Assembly (NCBI GenBank): GCA_973895155.1
Contig: OZ316893.1
Location: 7,650,963-7,714,962 of the forward strand
DNA from: Marsupella aquatica
Lineage: Eukaryota > Plantae > Marchantiophyta
Length of the DNA stretch: 64,000 nucleotides
Direction of reading: 5' to 3'
Shown: positions 1 through 13,413 of the stretch, in pieces
Layout: every line of letters begins with the position of its first letter
How positions within the stretch are numbered: position 1 is the stretch's first letter
The notes under the pieces: model-generated
Databases searched by the model: none
What the model was told of the DNA's origin: nothing
Seen by the model: the letters and a program-made list of their open reading frames with translations, nothing else
Made by a program: the position numbers and the translations under genes

Positions 1-119
1 GAGCCTGGTTGGTGTGCCAGTGGATCCTAGTTCAGTGAAAATGTTTTATTGCCATGAAGCGCATCGAGACGATTTGTCTACGAGCTAAGACTTTTGTGGC
101 TGCTGCTGGTTTCAATCAG

Positions 120-3100
120 CTGGCCAATCTGCCAATGTTTGATAGCATTTTATTCGTCGGGATACCCTCTTGAAAAGGCCGAGGCTTATGGAGAACTTCG
201 AAAGTAATTCTCCTTTCAATCCAACATTGTCTCAGTTGTTTGCAATGTAGGAAAGAAAGTCCACTATGTCTGTTCCTCACAAACTTTCACCTGTGTCTAT
301 ATTTTCAAAACCTGAATTTCTTGCATAATGAGGTTCCCTCGGTGACTTGCCTTGTGTGGCTGTCCTAAAAGCGGAGTACCTATTTCCAAAGTAGCATTTT
401 CGTCTGCTCTGAGCCTACTGAATCGCCGCTACTCATTACTACATATCTCCTTGTTCACAATTCTGCAGACCCTTCCTAGTGAATGAAGTGAAATCTCAGC
501 ACGTTCTCCATGATCGCCGGAAGGTGTATAATGTAAGTTGCCTGCAACGCTAGACTCCCTTTTCTTTAACCGTACTGTGCCAGTGATGTGGTAATTGCGG
601 AAATATCGTCAGGTAGCATATTTGCAGGTGGTAGATGTTGGTACCAGATCCCTTCCTCCCTCCCTCCCTCCAGTTTAACTTAAATAAGAAGTGATTCAAA
701 ATACGGAGATGCTTTTACTTTACTTTACTTTACTTTGGGATGCAGCTGTTCAACAGATCCACTCGTCTATGCTATTTGTTGCAAAGGCCGTACTCTAGTG
801 GACTTTTTCATAGATGTGAAGTTGACCTTTTTACTTCTGAGGCAACGTCTTCAAGCTTGCTGTGGTTAATAACACAAGGCAATACTTTCAGACGAGTGTC
901 CAGTTTGTGGAGCCTCATTATGGGGGATTGGGGATAGGAGAGGAAAACTAATGGGTAAGTGGACGCTAGTCAGGAGTTTTCAAGTCGCTTTAGTAGTTGG
1001 TGGAAATTTTAATCGTGGTTTTCTTTTTGGTTTGAATGAAGCGGTTGGAGGAATATGGTATTCCTATTCCAACCTATGCGTTGGTCAACAGAGATTATCC
1101 TGATCAGGAGTTAGACTATTTCATAGAGGAAGAGGACTATGTTGAGGTCCATGGAAAGAGGATTGTGAAACCTTTTGTCGAAAAGCCGGTAGATGGTGAG
1201 TCTTTCTGCTCCTATTGGGTAATTTTGTCTCTCAGATTGTTGGCATCACGTCGTTTTTGTTGTTTTTGTTAAGGGTTTGAAATTTGCCAAGGTTTCTCAG
1301 CAAGTCGGTGCTGTGATTATCAGCAGTGTAAAACATTCATTGATATAAACCTTGACTGAAACTTCTGAAATATTTGGAGTTTGATCGCCTCGTGCATACC
1401 GCTGGGGCGATCAGTTGGATTGTGCGTTCCGGTGTTGGCCAGCTTGGCAGAATCTGTTGAATGGTTTTACCTTTTAGCACTCAATAGGTAAATTACTAAG
1501 ATACGTTTCTCAACATATCATAGGTGACAATCATCGTGTAATGATATACTATCCAAGCTCAGCTGGTGGAGGCATGAAAGAACTCTTCCGGAAGGTACTA
1601 TTTGTTGGTGTTTGAACCTTTCATTTTTTATGATGTGTATACATTAAAAATCACAAATTTTTAGCTCAGTATGACATCCTGCTACTTTGAGTTGTCATTA
1701 TTTGCAGAAGTTCTTGTTTTAGACTGTGCTGGAGGCTGAGACTTCTCTGCATTGTGGTTGATTCAGGTGGGGAACCGCTCAAGTGAGTTCCATCCAAATG
1801 TGCGAAGGGTTAGAAGGGAAGGATCCTACATCTATGAGGAGTTTATGCCTACAGGTGGGACTGATGTAAAGGTACATTTCTGTCCATTTCGTCCTGAAGC
1901 TACTGATATTAAGGAACACTCTTGAGCAAGGTAGATCGTCAATCACGTTGGCCTAGCAGCCTATGTGCTGAAGAGTAAGAAAGCTGTAGATTCCAAATTG
2001 ATGTTCTGTGTTGTTGTGTGATTTATTCGACTAGGCTGATAAACTTTTTCACATATTGTTGTGTTCCCATATTAATTGGAAAATTTGTAAAGAATGAAGG
2101 GATGGATTTGAAATCCATGGGGACCAACCAACTCCCGATACGGTTTTTCCCCTCGAGATATCTAACGCTGAGCAGAGTCAAAGTCTAGACCATTCCTGCC
2201 TTAAGCTTACGTAAGCCGTCTACTGCTATTCTGATGGAGTGAAGAGCACTCATTGGAATGTCAGCCAGAGAGCTAACAAAATGTAACTTATAATATTATA
2301 CGAGTTATGGCAACCTTTTGATTTATCTGTAGTATGCTTTTACAACTTTATTGCCATCCACAGGTGTACACTGTCGGGCCTGAGTATGCCCATGCAGAAG
2401 CACGCAAGAGTCCTGTCGTCGATGGGGTTGTCATGCGTAGCGCTGACGGGAAAGAGGTAGATTGCTCGAGCACACTCAACTTTACAGCTTTCCAGCAGTA
2501 ATACTTATGGCAAAACTCAATCTGAGCAAGTTTATCGACAAAGCTTAAGAATGAATCAAGAAAGGAATCTTTTGCGATCTTTTGATCAAACCTCTTTGAT
2601 TTGAATAGAATGAGTCATCATAACTGTGTAAATAAGCATCCAAGAGTTATTTGATTGGGCATCTTTTGCTTAAGGCTGCTGAGAGTAGAATTAACTGTTT
2701 ATGTGATGGGAGCAGGTTAGATACCCAGTCTTGCTGACCCCCAACGAGAAGCAGATGGCGAGGGAAGTTTGTGTAGCCTTTGGGCAAGCGGTGAGGACTA
2801 GAAGTTGCTTCATGACCTTATTTAGCCCCAGGATCAGTAGATACACTGTTACGTGTGCTCGTGGTGTTGTGAGCTGACTAGAAGTGCATAGCGGCCAAAT
2901 GGGGCCTTCCCTATAAAACTGGCCTCACCTATCACATATTGAATCAGGGTGAGAGTTAGCTGTGGTAGATAATGTTTAGGATTGAATTACTGATCACGAA
3001 GTTTTAGGTGAAGGGCTGCTACTTATTTTGGCAAATAGCTGCATGACTTTCATAGCATCCTTGGTCAGGATGCTGAGGGGTCAATTGCTGTCCCAGTTTA

Positions 3101-6100
3101 GTGACATCAAGGTACACAGCGTCCTGAGATCCGCAATTTTCCGCAATTTTGATTGAGAGTGTTCTAACAAAGACAAGATTGAGGGGGATCTCAAACCCTT
3201 TTCCTGCCTTCGATCCCTTATTACCATTTTTCTTCATGATGCAGGTGTGTGGGTTTGACCTCTTAAGGTCACAAGGTCGATCTTATGTGTGTGATGTGAA
3301 TGGATGGAGCTTCGTGAAAAATTCGTACAAGTGAGTTGGATACTCTGCCCTCATGCATATACTACTGGTGTAACTTGTGCAGAGTCTGCATAGCAGTGCC
3401 ACTAGTCATAAATGTAATAAAATCTCCATCCAAGATTTGGAGTCTGAATATTGCTCAGCGTATGTACTGATGACAGGCTTGAGAGGACTGCACTCCTTTC
3501 GCTTTCCCTCACGTTTTGATCTTTTTGGATGTTTGTTCTATTGTCTCTGTGGTTGGGCAGATACTATGATGACGCGGCCTGTGTTTTAAGGACAATGTTT
3601 TTGAAGGCCAAGGCTCCCCATCTGTCGTCTAAGCTTCCCCCACGCCTGCCATGGGGTGGTAATGACTATAGTTTTGAGGATGGGATCGCGAGTCAAAACA
3701 GTGTCATTTCTGGAACGTTTGGGCAAGCTGAGGAACTCCGTTGCGTTATTGCCGTTATTCGTCAGTAAGTTGTCAGAGTTCTTAGTTGACTCCGCCCCAA
3801 ACTTGTGTCCTTTGAACTTGAGCGATCTGAATTGGCTGCAGCAATAAAAGCAGATTCTAGCATCTCTTTCAAGTTTTATGGCTATTTGTATATGTATGTT
3901 TAATGTCAAGGTACAAAAGCTGAAAAATTAGTTTTCCATGTTATTCGTCGAAGCAACTGACTGTTGAATATTTTTCTCCAGTGGTGACCGCACCCCAAAA
4001 CAAAAGGTGAAGCTGAAAGTCACACATGATAGGCTGCTAAACCTGATGCTGAAGTATAATGGGGGTCGGCCCCGAGCTGAGGTAGCAATGTTTTTGTTTT
4101 GTTTCGACATCCTATCAAGCACAAGCCTGTGCATACTGGTTTCCTGCTTGTCCAAGATTGTGCTGCATTTTTCAATTCTTTTGTGGCTTCGAAAGAGATG
4201 ACTGTTGTGTTTTCTTTGAAACCTTCGAAAGGAAATTAGGTTTGATTCTAAACTCATCTTACCGTATCTTATTTAAGTTAGCACCCTCAGTGTTGAAATC
4301 AAAGGTAACGGTATTGTTCTCGTTCGTTGTTCCTCAGGCAAAGTTGAAAAGTGCAGTGCAATTGCAAGATCTCTTGGATGCCACTCGAATGCTTGTTCCA
4401 CGGCAGAGGTACCTTGCAACTAATTTCTATACACATGAGATCGATGGCTGTTCTGTACAGCAGTAGGAATTTTGAGAGTATGTTTACTGCTTCACAAGTG
4501 ACTCTGTAGATTTGCTGAAAAATTGTTCATATCTTGTGCAGGACAGGGAAGGAGAGTGATAGTGAGGCAGAAGACCTAGAACATGCAGAAAAGCTCCGTC
4601 ATGTTAAAGCCGTCTTAGAAGAGGTTGAACTGTTATACCTTCTCCTGTCCAAATGGGGTTCTGAGTGTTAGTTACTTTACTCAGAAGTCTGTAGTCTGTT
4701 GACTAGAAGTTGAAGCATTCATGTAGATACTGTTTTCTCTAGTCTTTGGTTTGCATGTTTGCAAGCCCCTTTGAACGATGCTTGCTTTCGAAAGTTTGTT
4801 CTAATTCTCTAGGGACTAGTTTATTTTCTGGAGATTGATTTGAAAATCGAATAATTGTATATCCGAATGGTCTGCAGGGGGGTCATTTCTCTGGAATTTA
4901 TCGCAAAGTGCAACTGAAGCCTACGAAATGGGCCAAAGTTCTTAAGGAGGAAGTTGAAACTGATGAGGAGCGTCCTACCGAAGCATTGATGGTCCTGAAA
5001 TACGGTGGTGTTCTCACTCATGCTGGCCGTAAGCAGGTAAGAGAATGAAGGTCATGTAAAAACGTCACCTTCTGGAAATCGGAGAAGCTTTTGGGATGAG
5101 TTCACTGCCAAATCTGGGGGCCGCTAATGTATAATATGCAGAATTAGAAAGTACCATTGTGGCAAACTGACTTTTGCTTGTTTGCTGATTAAAGGCGGAG
5201 GAGTTAGGACGAACTTTCAGAAACTATATGTATCCAGGTAAGCAGTGCGTACCTCCTTTGCTCTACCAAGCTGGCATTAGAACTCGTGGGAACTTTATAT
5301 CAGTCTTTAAGGAGCATACATAGCTCCTGCTCTTTAAATCACGTGTGTGTTGTAAGTTTCTTTTGTGTGTGGTCCTCCACATAGTTTACGTTAGGTTTTA
5401 CAACAACTCTGATAAATTTAAGATGGCTTTCTGGGCTTCGTCTTACTGACCTATTTGAACTGCTTCTAATGTGTGGAAAAGTATGTTGGATTTGAAGCCT
5501 TACTTTTTTCTTGCTGCCCTAACATGCGTGCCTCGTTCAATCTACAGGAGAAGGGACTGGACTACTTCGCCTTCATAGCACATACCGCCATGATTTGAAA
5601 ATCTACAGCTCTGATGAGGGTCGTGTACAAGTACGTATTTGGTAGTCAGTGAACATCACACAAACCCACCAATAAAATGAAATGTTTTTTCCTAATAACT
5701 CGAAATCGTTTCTGCCTACACTGGATTGATACTTTGTGGCACACATGTTAAGGCGTTGTCCCGAGTGTGACATCAATTCTAATTCGGGATTTTGTGGTGG
5801 CAGATGTCTGCAGCGGCTTTTGCGAAAGGTCTCCTTGATCTGGAAGGACAACTGACTCCGATATTGGTATAGAAAAACGCATTAGGATTGTTTTCTGTTT
5901 CCTCGTTTGTCAGAGTGTCCTTGAGTAAAGGCAGAGTTATGTATATTTTCGCATCTTCGGTTGGAAGGCTCTCAAGAATGTTGAATTACCCTTGTGGCTG
6001 TCCGAGTAGGTTTCTCTTGTGAGCAAAGATTCACCTATGCTGGATGGACTTGACACGGCGAATATTGAGATGAAGGCTGCCAAGGTAAGAATTCTGTGGA

Positions 6101-9100
6101 CTTTCTGCATTGAATTTTGGCCTTTTCTGGAACTTTTGTAACACATTACCTGTTCTGAGAAGGTTACTTGGGTAGCTTGTGGGGATTGTCTTCTGAGTGA
6201 CCGTTGGTGATTGATCGAGTGCAGGCACGATTGTATGAGATTGTCACATCTGAGAATGAGCTCCCCGCACCTGCAAAACCAGAAACGCCATGGATGGTTG
6301 ATGGTGGAGGTTTACCCCCCAACCCTTTGAACCTGATTAAGGAACTTGTAAGTAGTACTCACGACGTTGTTTCAAGCATGTTAGAGAAAAGCATGTTAGA
6401 CTGAATGATTTAATTCAAAGGATTTAAGTTTTGTGTCGCACTTTAGCAACTTGTGCATGTCTACAAGGGCATCCTTGAAGTTTTCCATACATCTGTCGCT
6501 GCTTCATGTCTCGATAGATGGCGGAGAAAATTGCTAAGAGGGACCGTTGCGTGTCTTCTCAGGTGGAGCATACCAAGTTGGTGACCGCACAAGTGAAAGT
6601 ATTGTGCAAAGCAGAAGAAGAGAGGCTGACTGAGCAGGCAGATGAAGATTTGCCTCCGTATGACCAAGCTCATGCGTTGGGGAAAACAAACATAGATATA
6701 GATCGTATTGCCGAAGGACTTCCTTGTGGAAGTGAAGGATTTCTCCTAATGTTTGCCCGTTGGAAGAAGCTGGAGCGGGACGTTTTCAATGAGCGAAAAT
6801 CGTGAGATTCTATCACTTGGTGTGAATTGATTTTGCAACAGCGTGATTTGAGGCAAAGACTGAAAGTTATAGTTTTGCTGTTAAATGTGTATGATCTTGC
6901 GATTCCGAGGAGCACGTGATGGTTTTGCTTGATCTATGGATAGTATCCTGACGAGCGAACCTATCTTGCGGTTGCAGCCGATATGATATTAGCAAAGTCC
7001 CTGACATATACGACTCTGTCAAGTAAGCACCCCTTTGGTCATCCAAATTGCCATAAATTCATGAGGAAGTTGTATCTTTGAGCATCATCTGTGAACTACT
7101 TTTGCTCGTTGTTGTGAAGACTTGTATGGCTGCTTGGTTGCTGAGGTTTGTGTCTCTGCAATTGCTTTTTATGCACGGCTGGAAAGTGACAGTTGTCCCT
7201 ATTCAGCTAGCGTCGGTCTTACATTGTATCGGAGAATTTTGGAACTGGTGCTGGAGAAACAGTATACAACCAGTTCACGTTCCTTCGCTTTGCTTAAGAC
7301 AAGAACTGCCTTATTTGACCATGCCAATAGTTCAGGATATGTGTTGTGTATCTTTGTTTCTGGTTTCTTCAATCCCTTCGTTTTATTTCTCTGTTTTAAC
7401 TATAGCTCAGATGGTTTTCAAAATGTCTGGGTTCTCTATTTATCAAGCTATTTATGTTTGTGTCCGCAAGGTACGATTTGCTTCACAACACCCACTTGAA
7501 ACTGCAGAAACTCGATGAATTATACATTGTTGCTAAGGTATGCGTTTTTTGTCTGAAATTTGGAAAGTTATCCTTGAGCCGAAAATTATTGATCTCTCAA
7601 ATTGTACGGACTTCAAGTATCTGTTGGCTTTGATTTTGATGAATCTTGTCTGCTGCAGGATCTGGCTGATGGCATAATTCCCAACGAATACGGAATCAAT
7701 CCAAAGCATAAACTCATCATTGGGGCAAAGGTGCGTATAATCATGGATAGATATGACGACACTAGAAGTTTCCTTAGACTGGTTCCGCTGGTCTGAAATC
7801 CCGGCTTAATTTAGTAAGATTCCAGGGGCCATTATGTAGCTCCCTGCAACTTGGCCAATCTTTTGTTGCTACTCCCATTTCTGCAGAGTTGTAATATCTC
7901 GAATGCCTTCTTTTCTAAATGCCATCAATATGAACTATAGATTGCGCGTCGTCTGATGGGAAAAATCCTTATCGATCTACGAAACACTCGAGAGGAAGCA
8001 AAAACTGTGGCTGAGTTGAAGCACACGCACGAGGTTGCCAAGTCATGGTCACGGTCAAGGTCTTCCCGGATGAAAGAGGATGGATCTAGATTAAGTGGAA
8101 AACCCAAACCAAATGGAAGAGTACCTGCATGTGAGAAGGCGAATGGGAAACCTTCTGGAATTGAGAAACCGCCGCCTTTACCACTAGAGAAGGAGCTGAC
8201 CGATGACGATGAGGAAAAAGAAAGCAGTTACCGATTGGATCCCAAGTTTGTTCCCTTGTGCCTACTTCGCAATGTAGCTGTGCCGTTTCTTTTGTCGTGC
8301 ATGTTGGCGTGTGTAGGGGTTGAATGTCCTGAATAATTACAGGAAACTTATACATTTGTTGGAAATAGACTTACTATATGCCATATATTACATTAAAGTT
8401 TCAGCCTCTCTGAAAATCGGCTTCTGGACTCTTTGAGTCAGGTAAGATAGAAAAGATGTAAATCTATATGCTGGGGATGAACGTTTCAAGTAGCTGTTTG
8501 CTGAGTGCTAGGTTGCTGGTAGTGAAAAGAGAAGTAATTTTCATTGTAAGATCTGTATTAACTCTTTGTGAATACCCAGGTGGAGTAACTTACATTCAAC
8601 TTCTTTACTCTCGAATTCAATGTTTATTTCTGCTTTATTAGAAACGAACTTCTGAGATTCGTCTTATTTAATGTTCTTACGACCACCTTGGTAAGTGCAG
8701 ATATGCAAATGTCAGAACACCTGAAAGGCATGTCCGTACTCGGCTCTACTTCACATCGGTGATTTACTCCTGCCCCGAGACACTGCCAATATGTCGACAA
8801 AGTATTTTAAATTGTTTTCAAACAGAATTAGAGTAGATGCAAAATTTGAATTCAAAATGATGAACTTGGATGCAAGAACACAGCAAGGGGAATGAGGAGA
8901 GCCAGGATAGAAGCAGAACACCCTTTTTTTCCTAGGTTTACCTATGACCCCCAAATCATTGAATTGGACTGGGTTTTAATCTGTTAGACTGTGACAAAAA
9001 ATAGGCTTCTCATGTGTGTCTATTGAATGCCAGGAGTCACACATACATGCTTTAATAAATGTACTTCGATATTGCTATCTGGACGAAGCACTGCAAGGAG

Positions 9101-9979
9101 AAAACAGTCTGGTGGCCGGAGCTGCTTTGCATCGTCTGTTTGAAACCAAAGAGCTTGACTATCTCACACATGTTGTTATACGAATGTATGAGAACACACT
9201 TGTACGTATGATCACGTCCATAGCACCTTTCGATAAGTGTGGGAGCTAGTGGGGAAGTTTTTTCATAAAGTCTACGTCCTGTAGAATGTTTGTTACGAGT
9301 GCTTTGAGCGTTCGGGGATGATTGTGTCTATATATTATCGACCACCTTTAAGAACCATACACAGAGGTCTGTGTTACTTCGATTGGGAATTCATTTTTTA
9401 ACTTCAAATGAATTGATCCATACAGGTTCCACTGGAAGATCCACAAAGGTTCAGAATTGAATTGATGTTTAGTACCGGAGCAGCCGTGAGCCCATTGGAG
9501 GTATATCTCAGTTAGATGCTATCTGAAGTGAAACTATTAATTTACATTCACATCCTATCTCCTGAGCTAGAAGAGTGGATCGCGTGCCTAGGGTTTGGGG
9601 TTTTGGCTAAATTTGAATAGGCGTCATTGACTTCCTGAGGACGTCTACAATGCATGCTTAGACTTGTGAGGTAGCTAAAATGGTGCCAAGTTTTCAAAAT
9701 TAATCTAAAAACCACCGTTGTCATTTCGTTCAGGCATCTCCACGGAATCGTGATCATACCCTACCTGTTCTTCCTCCAGAAACTCTCCAAGAGGACGGAT
9801 CTTTTATTTCTCTGGACAGGTTGGAGAAGATGGTTCGGCCATTTGCCATGCCAGCAGAGGATTTTCCACCTGCAACAACACCTCAAGGCTTCTCAGGTCT
9901 ATTCTCAAAAGGTGGAGGAGTTCTGGAGCGCCTTGTCAATTTCTGGCCTTTTAATAAGCATGGCAATTGCAAGACCTGA
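120..9979 (+). CDS. VIH: Inositol hexakisphosphate / diphosphoinositol-pentakisphosphate kinase (PPIP5K, VIH/VIP1 family); 5' end lies upstream of the window
   Basis: Hand-spliced GT-AG exons with consistent phases: 120-203, 469-532, 1042-1195, 1524-1594, 1767-1871, 2364-2456, 2716-2790, 3245-3330, 3561-3764, 3982-4081, 4338-4408, 4542-4623, 4878-5036, 5195-5237, 5548-5630, 5804-5866, 6010-6084, 6225-6347, 6563-6801, 6978-7022, 7471-7537, 7659-7730, 7941-8245, 8701-8758, 9034-9201, 9426-9500, 9734-9979 (TGA). ATP-grasp kinase motifs: [38 protein letters not shown]. Histidine-phosphatase motif [10 protein letters not shown] is split by the 3765-3981 intron. Also YFTSESHIH and the plant-type C-terminus [11 protein letters not shown]...[12 protein letters not shown]. 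Confidence 0.96.
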
Positions 9980-12900
9980 GGACGCATTGTGGTTTTTATT
10001 CGCCATTTTAGAGTTGTTTTGACCGGATCTGTGATTTGGCACGGTATACCGACTTCATGATGTACAATGTGAAGGGTTGTCATCGATACAATCGAATTCT
10101 ATAAGAAGCATGTTACGCTCGCTCTGTCCCTCGTAGCAACGAATGTAATCTTGGTAAGGTAACCTGTTTACTGGTTTGATCATCACTAACGGCTGACGAC
10201 TTCCACCATTTAGAGCTTGGACAGACATGTAGGTGACATTTTGAAAAGGCAAATGAGGCGGAAATCAGAGCACAGGCTGAACAACCATGGTTAGCTGCGT
10301 CAATTTCGTACAGGTGCAGTGGAACTATGTGAAATATCCAGAGAGCCCATTTGATTGATTACTGCTAACGCAAAGGTTTACTGATAGTCAAGAGGGGACT
10401 CTGCCTTCACTGGATATTGAAACCTGGCCGTCAAATCAAGTCTTGCTCGCTCTGACTCCGTAAGGTAGTGATCAAGTAGAGTGGGGAACATCTCGATCAG
10501 GGACGATAGAATTGCCAGTAATTCACAGTTTATCCTGATTTTAACTTGGTCGAGAATCGTTTGTAGCCTAGTATCAGGTAGCCTGGTGTAGTTGTAACTC
10601 GAGGTAAGGTGTCAGCTGTGTATAATGCAGAGAAGTGCGGACTGTTTGAAGACATTTTTCACGGTAACAGCTGGCGGCTGGCAGACTTTCGCCGACGAGA
10701 TTTAAATGGGCCCGTTTTGTGGCTTCCTGCTGGATTGTTTATTCAGTAGGTTTTGATATTGATGAAGGCTTGGATGGTTTGCAGGACGAGCGGCCTCAAA
10801 GAATGTGTCGTTTGCACTGTCACCATCCACCCCAGCACAGTCGCACAGTGTTCGCCCATCTAACGGTGATGTGAGGAAGAGAAGCTCACGCTGAGAAACG
10901 CTCTGCCTCTCTCTGTTTCTGTCTTCTCTTCTAAAGGCAGGAAAATTAGGGTCTGGTTCTCATGATCACCTCAAGAATTTCAGCTGCTGGCTTTTACAGC
11001 CGACACATTTCAGCACTCGTTTGAGCTCGCTTACTTGGAAGGGAGTCATATCTTAAGTCAATCCTCGGGCATTCTCGAATCAGTTCCAACCCTTTTGGAT
11101 AAGCAGATACCTTAGCTCCAGTTTAAGGTGGCATGTAGATGTCTTGATCTGTGATAGCCCCTCCTATGTAGCAGTTTGTCATAGTCTTTTCAAATAGAGC
11201 CAAGAAAATGACTGGTCAGTTGGCCATGGTGTTGCAGTTTCAACAAAATAGATGCAGTTGTGATCGCTTGGATCACGGGTCTAGTTTTAAAACGGGCCGA
11301 TGGGTCATAGGTTCATCTCTATGGCGTTCAAGCACAAGACAATAGTTATTAGAGGTTTGTTGTTTAATAGCTCTGCTCGCATGTGAGTACTTACGGCATC
11401 TCTACGTGTGCCACAGTATAATCACTGGCAATCTTATACAGTAATTGGTTATAGCCAAGAAAGGATACAAGCCACGGTTGGAAATTACCTTAGACATGGT
11501 TTTATGGCGTGATTTTGTCTGTAAGAAGACTTAAGTCCCATGTAATCCTCGATTTTTCTTGCTCCTAAAGGATTCTCCTACTTGAGTTTTGGCTCAAAAA
11601 GGCAGAAGGGCTTAAATCTTGTTTGCAAAGACTTCAAGGGGACATGACCTGCGCTTTGGGAAGATATCATAGCTATCGAGATCTACTTAGGGACTGTTGT
11701 ATCCCTGTTAAGCCAGTGGCCTATTTTCCAAGGCAAGAGGGTTTTGGTGAAGATATTGTGAGCTGTTAGATTGAACTAGAGGCCTTTTAGCTGCCTGAAA
11801 AAGACGGCCTGCATAATCAAACTATTCTCCCGAGAATGGTGAATCACACGTGAAGTTCAATGGAAAGACAGACCATAAGGAGATTTCAACATAATTTACT
11901 GCCTGACCAAGATTAGTGGGAAAACGGAGCGATACTGACGAAACCTAGTACCCTCTCTGAAAATATAGAAGGTGAAAACTGGAGTAATTCTATCCGTCGA
12001 GCGACGCTGTAATATGGTGATGTGTGGTTTCGCGAAATTATCAAGCTAGAACTTTTGGTTTTTCTTTTCATTATCTTGCCGGATTTGTGTTTACAAGGTG
12101 AATACAGAGAATCTCTGTGTCAACAACTCAAAATGATCTCGGTGTGTTTGGCCATTTCTTACCAGACTTACTTTTCAGTTGTGCTCAGTTGGGCTTTAGT
12201 CATTTTGCTGTCCAGATTCGATTCTTTGGTTTTCTTGGTTTTCTCCGTTGTTTCCCTCTTTATTGGGTTTATTGGGTGTTTTGCTGTCCTGAGAGACCTC
12301 ATAAGATGCTTTTTGTTCTTTGGAGAGATCTATAAATTTCCACGATCCATGTAGTGTGAGAGCGATGCATTGGAACAATCTTCCGTATCAATTCGTTCCT
12401 CTCACTCTCCTAAGGCAAACCGTCAATGGGGCTTGTGTGCTTGTTATTATTTGGGAGAGATATAATCATATAAATTTCTACCATCCATGTTGAGTGGGAG
12501 AGAAGGTCGAGATCTCATCACCTCTGCTGGGAAGTACCGTAACACACAATGACTGAATGGATCCAGTGGACTGAATTTGGACCGTTGTCAGGTTTGCCTC
12601 TCGAGTCTCCTCGACTAAGGAATCATTCTGTTCGTCACAACGGGATTTCGGGACTCTACAACTCGGGAATCCAAATAGGCGCATGGCACACAAAACGAAT
12701 GGACAATTTTGTTTCGAGAACCGTGCAAACCAACCAGCAAGACAGTACAGCACACATAAGCGAGTTAACCGCCTGGACCTGGGGCATGGGACCAGGAGTA
12801 GACGGAGGGCATGAGAGGCCCATGGGCAGAGAAGAAGAACAGTGCACAATGCATGACGGTTTGAGTCTTCAGTGTTGTACAAGGTTTTGCAAACATTGCA

Positions 12901-13413
12901 AACATTTCTGGAACCATTCAGTCGTCTCCTGGTTCGGATGAAAAGTTGTTGCGCGTGAGTTAGATTGCCAATAAATGTGAGTAATGTAATCGTATTTCAA
13001 TACAATGTACAATTAACAAACGATTACTGTATATCCATGAACTGGCATGGCTCTGGCTGGCACGCAGGGTCGTCCACTTACACAATCATTCGTTCGTGTA
13101 ACTTCGCGACTTGCCGCGGAGCAGGAAAACCCTTCATTAACCATCGCTGCCGGGACTCTCCTCGTGACAACCCTATCGATGCTAATTTATGTTTCAATTC
13201 TAATATATCTCCCGCAGTGACTGACTAATTGACTTGACTAGTCGCCTAGACACCTGCTGTTCCTCCACATTCAGGTTTTATATCATTCTATCATACACGG
13301 TCGCAGGCCCGTTTCATTGTTGAAAAAGAGGAAAATCATTATGTAGTTAGCTGTAGCTGGTCTGCTAGAAAGCTTCCCAACTCCGCAGATACGCGCGTCC
13401 ACTAATTTATCGA

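Noticed and set aside
2095-2205. tRNA or SINE-like sequence (minus-strand TTCAAATCC box) in a VIH intron
   Set aside because: No cloverleaf can be built and the sequence is too degenerate to support a call.
7078-7518. 146-aa and 125-aa ORFs inside VIH
   Set aside because: They lie almost entirely in the 7023-7470 intron, and the true exon is read in a different frame.
12022-12941. Hydrophobic and other ORFs between VIH and NIP
   Set aside because: They reflect T-rich compositional bias; there is no splice-consistent model and no recognisable motif.
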